From the NCBI RefSeq assembly GCF_964204645.1, contig NW_027437437.1, positions 92,001-156,000 on the forward strand: a stretch of DNA of 64,000 bases. The letters run 5' to 3'. Source of the DNA: Tubulanus polymorphus. Taxonomy: Eukaryota > Animalia > Nemertea. Below the pieces are notes generated by a model. It made no database searches and was not told where the DNA came from. It was given only the letters and a program-made list of their open reading frames with translations. Both the position numbers and the translations under genes were made by a program. Below are positions 12,908-22,041 of this stretch, in pieces (the stretch's first letter is position 1; each line of letters opens with the position of its first letter).

Positions 12908-13159
12908 AAACACATTCAAAATTCTATAATATTTTAAATTAGGATTTTATTTTGTAAATTTATATTCATACGGAAATTAAAGCCTCAGTAATAATAAATA
13001 ACCTTTATTATTTTCAAACTAATTCATATATTAGTTGAAAAAAATAAAAATAAATTGGTTGAAATTATATGAATAATATTTATTTTAAAAATGGGGTTTC
13101 AAGCATTAATGTATTTAATACGTATCTAATACGTATTAGATAGATAGATATATAAATAG

Positions 13160-13775
13160 TTATTTTATAAATTTATATTCATATGGAAATTGTAGTCTCA
13201 GTAATAATTTTGAACCTTTATTATTCTTTAATTTATTCATATATTCATCATGTAATTCAGTAGGTATAATTTGATTTTCTTCCAATGATTGTTGCATAGA
13301 TTTTCTATCTTTGTTATAAAATAAAACTAGAAATCTTATATTCTCCCTAAAGTCTTTAACAATTGAATTATATTTTTGATTTAAAACCCATGTTGTTATC
13401 CCAAAATGTCTTCCAGAGAAAGCTAGATAACATAACTCACTTTCTCTCACTTTTGAATCATGTAAATTAGCGCAATCATCTACAATGAATAATGTATTTG
13501 ATCCTTTATAATCAATTATCAATTGCTATTTTTATACAATTATCTAAATTGTCTTTTACTGTTTTAGGATCTAATATAATAAACTTTTTCATCTTAACTA
13601 TATCTCTATTATATGTTTTATTCATTTCATAAGTAGGACAAAATAATATTATATTATCAAAATGATTCTCATAAATAGTTTCTAACAAGTCTAATATGAA
13701 ATGTGTTTTACCACAGTTTGTTACTCCAGTAACTAACATATTATGAGGTTCAAATATAAATAAATCTTTATTCAT
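13160..13775 (-). pseudogene. A32/FtsK-like genome-packaging ATPase (frameshifted)
   Basis: Walker A GVTNCGKT, Walker B LFIVDD, and the GRHFGI arginine-finger region. Confidence 0.92.
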
Positions 13776-14859
13776 TTATTCTTTTAATTTTACTAGATAA
13801 AATCCATTCATTAAATTTATCATCGTATCCTTTATATTTCACCAAAGAATACTTTTTTCCTTTAAGAGTTTTTGTTTTCAATACTTTTTCTATTTTGTAT
13901 TCTATTTCATCTGGATTTGGTACAAGTGATAATTCTTGTTCATAGAAATAACCTAATATTTCTTCATCTTTTAGATCTTCTAGTTTATAAACAAAAGGTT
14001 TAGTTAATATTATCTTTTTAATCTTAAATATTTCTTCAGTAAAATTAGGAGTATAACCTTTATAAAATGTTTTTCGATATTTAGATATTCTAACATGTTG
14101 TCTAATTTTAAATTTAGGTTCACCGAAATCATGTGTAACAAATGCTCCATATAAATTATTCCAAACTATTTCCGAATTATCTTCTTTTCTAGCTTGTATA
14201 GGTTTCATATTTATAGAACTATGTTTAGAATTATTATAACCTTTCACCAAATCATCTAACACACCGATATATTTATATGTTTCATTAGCAGTAAAGTATT
14301 TCCACATTCTAGTTTTCAATGTTTTATTAAATCTTTCTATAATAGATGCTTTTTTATCTGAGTGTGTTGAAAAATATTCTACATCGTTATCAGATAATAG
14401 TTTTTTTAAATGTTTGTTATAAAATTCCTTACCTTCATCAAATTGTATCTTATCTGGAATAGCTTCTTTAAATATTGATTTAAAAGCATTTGTTACTTCT
14501 ATTCCAGTTTTATTTTTGATTGGAATTGACCATGCGTATCTACTGAATATATCTATAACATTCAGTATCCAGAAATATCCGTTGTTGTATTCCTCTAAGT
14601 TCTTCATGTCAATTAAATCTGCTTGCCATTGTTGATCGATATATGAAACCATAACTTTTCTTGTTAAATAAGTTTTATCCATTTTCTTGTGTATTTGATA
14701 TGTTGGTTGATTTTGTAACCATAATCTTAGTTCACTATATTTTATATTACCATTTTCTTTATCAGATTTAATTTTATTCCATAATTCTAAAACGTTAGAA
14801 TATGATACTTCACTCTCTGGGTTATAATATAACTCTCTTAAATATTGTTCTTTTTTCAT
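13768..14859 (-). CDS. Retroviral-like (rve) integrase with C-terminal chromodomain; intact
   Basis: DDE triad in WQADLIDM, IQFDEGKEF and IIERFNKTLK; C-terminal YKIEKVLK...LVKYKGYDDKFNEWI. Confidence 0.96.
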   Translation of the reverse strand: MKKEQYLRELYYNPESEVSYSNVLELWNKIKSDKENGNIKYSELRLWLQNQPTYQIHKKMDKTYLTRKVMVSYIDQQWQADLIDMKNLEEYNNGYFWILNVIDIFSRYAWSIPIKNKTGIEVTNAFKSIFKEAIPDKIQFDEGKEFYNKHLKKLLSDNDVEYFSTHSDKKASIIERFNKTLKTRMWKYFTANETYKYIGVLDDLVKGYNNSKHSSINMKPIQARKEDNSEIVWNNLYGAFVTHDFGEPKFKIRQHVRISKYRKTFYKGYTPNFTEEIFKIKKIILTKPFVYKLEDLKDEEILGYFYEQELSLVPNPDEIEYKIEKVLKTKTLKGKKYSLVKYKGYDDKFNEWILSSKIKRINE

Positions 14860-14865
14860 CTTCTT

Positions 14866-15264
14866 TTAATCCATTAATAATAATCTTGGTTTATTTTCAA
14901 CGATTTTAACATTTGACTTATTTTCTGGTATAATAGGTTTACTGTCTGTACACGGATAACTAAGTTTCCGATTGTCATTGGAATCATCTTTATCATCAGA
15001 TTTGAATTTTGATGTATATATTACACCGCATAATATAATAACTGTTACTAATCCAATTGTAATATATAATTTATAATTGCTTCCAGCATTAGAAGAATCA
15101 GATGGATTATTATTTGAATGAATATCAGATAAAGTCTGTGATTCATTTATATCAGTTAATTTCTTTTTCTTAGCTTTTTTTAATTCTGAAGATCTTTTAC
15201 CTAATTCTCTTGCCCATATAATTTGTTTCTCGGATCTAGCCTTTTTCTTAACTCCATCACTCAT
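14866..15264 (-). CDS. Basic N-terminus plus single-TM membrane protein
   Basis: KKAKKKK and LYITIGLVTVIILCGVIY; homologues at 46088-46447 and 58606 onward. Confidence 0.75.
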   Translation of the reverse strand: MSDGVKKKARSEKQIIWARELGKRSSELKKAKKKKLTDINESQTLSDIHSNNNPSDSSNAGSNYKLYITIGLVTVIILCGVIYTSKFKSDDKDDSNDNRKLSYPCTDSKPIIPENKSNVKIVENKPRLLLMD

Positions 15265-15269
15265 TTATT

Positions 15270-15861
15270 TTAGTTAATTTTTGTTCTGATATCATTTTCT
15301 GTTTCGACGTTTGGTTGTAGTACATCTGTTTCGTTCTTACCTGATTTATATTCCATAGGCTTGATGTTCGAAAATGTTATGACGCCAGTAGAAATTAATG
15401 TCATAACCGATCCTAATTGAAATGAAGCATATCCGACCCATTTTTGTAATTCAGTCATAACTAAATAGTCATTTTTCAAATCACTATATAATTTATTTTC
15501 ATCATCAATTGGTATTAACTGGTTACATAACTTAGAATAACATTTGACAATACCATCTGAAATAGAATCATTTATTCTAGCTAATCTAGCTTCTTCATAA
15601 ATCTTAAAATATTTCATTACTTTATCGGGTTTCATAGCATCTAATTCTTGAAAAGTAATTATTTTCCCGATAAACTGATTATATTTCCCGCCAGCAATTA
15701 ATAATTCTAGATGGTGTTTACAATATAAATAGTATTCATAATCAATATTACAATTAATATTATTTTCAATTTTGATTGGAATATCCTTATTATCACTAAT
15801 GCCTAAATCATCTAATGTTTTTTCATATGTTGGTATTATTCTTATTTGATTTCTTTGACAT
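15270..15861 (-). pseudogene. Hypothetical Maverick protein (frameshift near the 5' end)
   Basis: TAAATG start at 15861; homologues at 46440-47041 and 58021 onward. Confidence 0.65.
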
Positions 15862-16973
15862 TTATATTAGAGAAAAAAGCAAGAAAAATATTATAAGTAT
15901 TCTTCAAAAGATACTAGCTAGTTAAAGCTAAAGAATTTCTATTCGGATCTATTCAAAATATAAAGTATTCTCTTTTGAAAAGAAAGTATTAAAAATATAA
16001 TAGAATTCACTAGCTAGTTGAAGTTTTTGTTTTTTAAATACTTTTTATTTAGATTAGGATTTAGATTATCTCACTAATATTGTTTATCTATAGGAGCAGT
16101 AACTATAACTGTCCAGATAAGTCATTTCGGATTCTCGATAATAAATCCTAAAACTGAAAATAAATTCAAAGAAACGACTGGTGGAAATACTATTTCATAA
16201 ACACATATATTTTGTTATACAATCATTATCGATTTCTACATTCCTCACCGGGCGTCTGAGGCCCGGCAAGTTATGCGTGGAATGCAGGAATCAATAAAAT
16301 ACAATACAACATCTGTCACTGTGTGTCATTAACAACAGCTTAATGACGCAATTGACATTCCGACAAACGTAATGCATTGGAAGCCTATACAGTATGGCTA
16401 AACTGCTACATGTCTCATGAGTTGAAATATCCATTATTTCTGATTCCACATCCATCTATCTTCACTTTCTTGATTCAATGGCCTTCATTTTGTTATCTAA
16501 AAGATAAATATCTAGCGTAGAATAAAACTAACTTGAAGTTGTAGTTGTAAAATATTAATTACAACACTTAAACATGACCATTTTGTGGCGCATCTTACCA
16601 GGATAAGTTTTACATGTTTAGCGTTTTCCAACGCCTTAATAACAACAAAAACCGTACTTACATTTATAACTGTAAACTCCTAAAATTGTGTTTATAGAGA
16701 GAATATCCTATACGTTCCTATGCTTATGTGCTGCGCGTTTATAACTGGCAGTTATTCACTAGCTAAACACTGTCTGTGCAACAGATGTTCCTTCTTTTGT
16801 AATATAATTGATTAATCCTTTTCAACTAAAATAACACACCCGATCAATATTCAAATGAGATACACCCTATTCAACTGAATATGAAATACGGCACAGATGT
16901 TTTTGTAAACAACCTAATACAATTACATACAGGCGGTTTGACATAGATCGAGAGTAACCGGTTTTCTAAGCGT

Positions 16974-17627
16974 TTAACATTCAACGTATTTTTCATTATG
17001 TGTTGAGTTCCATAATTCAACAAATGTCTTTGCTTCATCCAGTTGATCTAAATATAACTGTATATCTAGTTTATTAGATTTAATTATATTTTCTTTCTTT
17101 TCAAGAGGTCTTAAATTTCTCCAGTTCTATATTAGCTTCTTATTATAATCATCACTCATGTCAAATTTAGATATTGGTAACAGGTGATCAATATGGTAAT
17201 AATCCCCATAATTATCTATATTCATTTTATCATCGAATTGAAATATAATCCATGATTTGAGAAATTCATCTGAACAACCCAATAAATTAGATAGTGTTTC
17301 TGAATGTGTTTCTTTGTTGAATAATTGTGTTAATCTAGATCTTAAACATTGTTTCAATCTAAAATTAAGATCTGTTTGATATCTTTCTCTCATATATTCT
17401 GCCATATAATAATTATAATGTTCTATATTATCTTCTCGGTATTGTTTGGTATATAGTTTAAAACAAGTTTTAAAGCAATATTGAAAACCATCTTTGCTAA
17501 TCTTACGCTTACTAAATTCTGTTAAAGCTAATTTATCTAATTCACATTTAGAACACTTCTTGTAGTATATATTTATAACACCAGCGTTATTTGTTATATC
17601 GATAGTTTGTGGTTGTTCTGGTTCCAT
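16974..17627 (-). pseudogene. HNH-type endonuclease with N-terminal Zn ribbon (one in-frame stop)
   Basis: CSKC...KTC, HIDHLLPISKF...NWRNLRPLEKKEN; TAG at 17127 where the other copies have TGG. Confidence 0.8.
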
Positions 17628-17639
17628 TTATTATACATA

Positions 17640-18216
17640 TTTTTTTACTAAATTGATTTTAGAAGTTCAATGATTTATATTATGTATTATCTCAATCACA
17701 CTTAACTAACACTTTTAATGTTTAAAAATCTAACTCACACAAATATAAATATTGAAATAATGTTGTAAATATATACTTTTATATCTATTCTATAAGAGCT
17801 CACACTTTACTCACACTTTTATATTGAATAATCTATCAATTTATATGTTATTCATATATATTTTATTCATGTATATGATTATTTTAAGAGTAATAGGGAT
17901 AATAGGCTTTCAAGCGGTCGAGCGGTCGAGTTCATTAATAACAAATATTAAAAGTAATTTAAAACTATAATATATTTTCATAACCGTGTGTATTTCAGTT
18001 GAATAATAGAATAATTATTATTATTAAAATATATTTGATTATATGAATTTGTGTATTGTATTAAATTATTGATATCTTAGAATGAATATTTAGTTATAAT
18101 ATAAAATGCACACGGTTATGAAAATATATTATAGTTTTAAATTACTTTTAATGTTTTGTTTTTTAATGAGCTCGACCGTTCGACCTTTGATCTGAAAGCC
18201 TATTATCCCTATTACT
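17640..18216 (-). repeat. Right TIR of Maverick 1; 17889-18216 is palindromic
   Basis: Reverse complement of the left TIR, with small internal duplications. Confidence 0.93.
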
Positions 18217-18222
18217 GGTGTA

Positions 18223-19127
18223 TTTTTTTCATGTCGCGTATTAACTTAAAGACTTTTTCGGAGAGTGAGAGAACTTGTAGGTCTAGACATACAATTTTTT
18301 TTCGGATTGAGACTTACTAAGTGTTTGTAGTTCTTTATTAAGCTTCTTTTCCACTAGGAGTTCTCTTTCGATAGCTTTGTGCCGTAGTTCATCGTTTTCG
18401 GAGGACGCAGACAGGAGTTTGTCAACAAATTTTGATTGAAGTTCTCTAAACATAGCCATACAGGGAGTATGCGAAATGGATGTATCTTGATACGTGTTGG
18501 TGGAGGCGTCACTCAGAGCAGATGATTTTGGCTCGGTTTCAGTGTTCGTTGATGCGCATGCCATGGAGGGCGTATCGAATGGTGAGAAGAAGTCCGACGG
18601 AATAGCGCATATACAATACTCACATTGAAATGTACGCTTCGTTTTATGCAGAACATAAAGTTGGTAGCGGGGCAACTTAGTGCATTTATAATGCAGCCAG
18701 CTTGCGCAGCTTTTGCATTCGATCATGCGTTCATCATCTGGCAACGCGCAGAGAGTGCAGCTATAGTTCATCGACGGTTCAGAAACGGTTCTGTCGTTAG
18801 TAGCACAGTGAGATGGCGGTTCTTCAGTACATACAGGTTCGCTTAGAGTTGCTCGGCACGTTGTCGGAAACTCGATCCTCTGGGTTTTACAGAATAGGCT
18901 GAGAGGTGTGGATTTCATAGTCCCTAGCAAATCTATGGAATGTACTATAACATCCTCTAGCGGGTGTTTCAGAGGTCACGGGCATCGCGAAGACTCGAGA
19001 ATTTCTTAAAAGAGGGATTTGATACTCCCTTTACCGAGGCCTCACACGTGTCCCGAGATGTGTGTATGCCGCGATCACGGCCGACCGCGACGGCGTAGTA
19101 CCAGTTCTTTTGTTTGCTCGGCGCCAT
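18223..19127 (-). pseudogene. LINE ORF1, 5' part: RNase H1 N-terminal hybrid-binding (Cauli_VI-like) domain, PHD finger and coiled coil
   Basis: WYYAVAVGRDRGIHTSRDTCEASVKGVSNPSFKKF, then after a frameshift CTLC...CKSCASWLHYKC...CEYC (C4HC3 PHD). Confidence 0.7.
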
Positions 19128-22041
19128 GTTTGTTGTTGTTGACGTTGTTTTAGGCAGTTTCAGAACGCGACGCAAATCGATGAATTTAAGATAGACGATA
19201 GATGATTTAGTTCAAATGAGGAGCACAGATAGTTAATCAGCACTTACGATTGATAGATGTAAATGACAGACGAACTCGATCGGTCAAAATAGTGAAGAAA
19301 TCTCAGATTTAAAGGGAGCGCTGCAAAAACATGTTAGCGTTCAGAGGTGATCTCAACTGTTACTCAACTGTTACATATCAGAAGTTTCACTGAAAACACT
19401 GTATTTCAGTATGGCACTATCTTTCGTTCGTTGGCGCATCTGAAATTGCATTTTTTTGAGCTAGAATATTGTTTGATTTTTTCCATATGCCTTTTAGTAC
19501 CGATTCATGGGTCTCGGGGTTAAACTGGGATTTTGCTTGCTGATAATTAAGCGATATGGCTAAGGTGGATATACTGATATTGGATTGGGGTGAATTTAGA
19601 AGCTCGCGCATAGTGATACAATTGGCTTTTCTTAAAAATTCAATTTTTTGTTTTGTACTTATCGAGTAATGAGCGATCAAGTAGTACGTGTTGAAATTCT
19701 GGTCGAACTTCATATAATTCAGATATACGTACCAACCATGAATATTTCATTGCGCTCAGCTTTAACTTTATTTATGAACAGACTGAAGTTCTCTTTCGAT
19801 AGCTTTGTGCCGTAGTTCATCGTTTTCGGAGCGATGAAGGTACTGAGAGAAACAACTGTCGGACATTTTTTTAAATATTTTGGTTACATAAGGGACTTTT
19901 CGATTCACTTCTACCAATTCGGGAATTTGCATTCGTTCCAAGACACGACGGTCAATTTATGGTGGATTTATGTTAAATCCTGTATAAGATTATTCTATAA
20001 TAACATATTTGTAGTTCGAAAGATTATAACAATCACAGGTAAGAATGGACATAGATATCAACGTGTGTTTATCGTAAATGAAACATGCCTAACTTTCTCG
20101 TAAATCCATTGTTGCGCGCTCCATCGACGCATTGATGAAGCTCGCGCGCTATTGAGTTTTGTGTTAGTGATTTGATTTAAACGGCAGTTAATCTTCCATG
20201 ATGTTTTATTGTAAAAAGTTGAGTATTAATAAATTTACTTTAGAATAATGTGATTCTCGTGATGTAAAAATCATTTTCCAACTGCAGAGAAAAGTTTTTC
20301 CAATTTAACCGTAAAAATTGATCGGTAAAGTCAATTGTTTTTCCCATTACGGGCACGCGTTGAGTGGTGTCTTAGTGTGTTTGGCTGTCAATAGATGGAG
20401 CAAAAATGCATCTTATGCATGAGTTGACTATACAGTTGCCATATATGGATCTCTACGGTCACAACAGTGTAAGACAAATTCGGATAGTCGCAGATTTGAT
20501 TTTTCCAATTTAGAGCCAAAAACCAGATCTGTAAAAATCAGAAAAATTTTAAGGTTTTAAATGGACGCTTAAAATCACGAATTTGACGACACCGTGGACA
20601 CGCCATGCAATTTTTGCCTCATAAATCCTATGACATCATCACACTTCCCATTTAATGAAAATCTCATCTGGAATAGGCTCGTCCCTAAGAATATAATATT
20701 CTCAAATGATTTTTTCAACCGTAGGCCCTAATTTTCTTGGTTTCCGTCCACCTCGTCAATGCCGATACCGCACCTTCCCCCTCATGACCCTATTTAAATC
20801 ATTTCAAAAACTTACTGATAATTATTAGACCGATAATTACTCTTAAAATGATAATTCATGTAGTATATTGCATTCAAAAAAACTGTTTTCATTCAAACAC
20901 TGTATTAAAACAAAACGTATAGCGCGAGCGCGCGGCGCGCCCCAATATATGAGCACTGGATGTGCTGCCAGCATGGTGACTGTAGCGTGTATGTGATGGT
21001 GTTTGTAGGCCTCTATACATCAGTAATCTGCATATCGAGCGCTTAGCCCCGTGTACACTGACTTACACTGACATCACGAGTGGGCTGACTGTTGCTACGC
21101 ATTGAATTGTCTTCAGTAAATAAATATCCGTACACCATACAACTCGGCGATAATCGATAACATTAAAGACTTCCAAAGACAGGCTTTCAAATTTAAAGAT
21201 TCTAGTATTTCCCCAGCAACATAACAATTCAAAAACCTTCATGGAATTTAAAGACCGCTACGGACCCTGGTATTAGGCTATTCCATCACATTTTGTCCAA
21301 AATCAGTTTTTGAAAAATAAATCCTTTCCAAAATTGTTAATATTGAATCCACCATCTGATCCAGATAAATGTAATTAAGAATACATGTAATATAAGCAAA
21401 CATTTTATTTTTAAAAACAGAAAAATAAATATATAAATACAAACATTAGTAACTATTTTGAGACAGAATACATAACACAGAATGGACAGAATACATAACA
21501 CAAAATGAAAGACAATTTCATCAATTAATATCAGTTACATCATTATACTCTTCTCTCATGAAAGGGGTCATGCATTTAATATGTCTTATGTATTTAGAGA
21601 TCTCAGGACCCACCCTCTCCGAGCCATGCATATACATACTAAATCGATGGTTCCACAAAATCATCACATTTTTACAACAATTGGTCAAATTCCAGATAAT
21701 TTTTGGAAAAATAATTTAAGTTCGTACGTTCAAATTAATTTCTTACTACATGTACAAAAATTCTGAAAATGGGTGTCTGCACCTTCAAAATCATCGCATT
21801 TTTACACTATAATCAAAATAATTTTGGAAGTATGCATGTCAAAATCCCGAAATCAGGAAAAATTGGCAACACTCGTGAAAGAAAGAAAAGGGCACCAATC
21901 ATTCATGATGGCTATTTTCTTAGCCCAACCACTGATTCGCAGGGCTTTCGTACCTCATTTTGAATTACTAGGCTTTAATAACTCTCTTTTCATCAAGAAT
22001 AATTTCTTCAAGGGTTCACAGGTTGTACGCATACTTTTAAC

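Larger units (their letters stand above)
765..18216 (+). mobile_element. Full-length Maverick/Polinton (adintovirus-like endogenous virus), copy 1
   Basis: Termini AGTAATAGGGATAATAGG...CCTATTATCCCTATTACT, perfect 6-bp TSD GGTGTA (759-764 and 18217-18222), TIRs over 500 bp, and pPolB, penton, MCP, ATPase and rve integrase genes. Confidence 0.97.

Noticed and set aside
1303-17627. Bacteriophage or bacterial contaminant, or an alternative genetic code explaining the stops
   Set aside because: The element is integrated with a TSD into a LINE. Stops are of all three types, come with frameshifts, and fall at different places in the two copies, which indicates ordinary decay.
17889-18216. Flip/flop isomerism of the terminal hairpins
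   Set aside because: Left and right hairpin loops in copy 1 are simple reverse complements; no inverted isomer is seen in this window.
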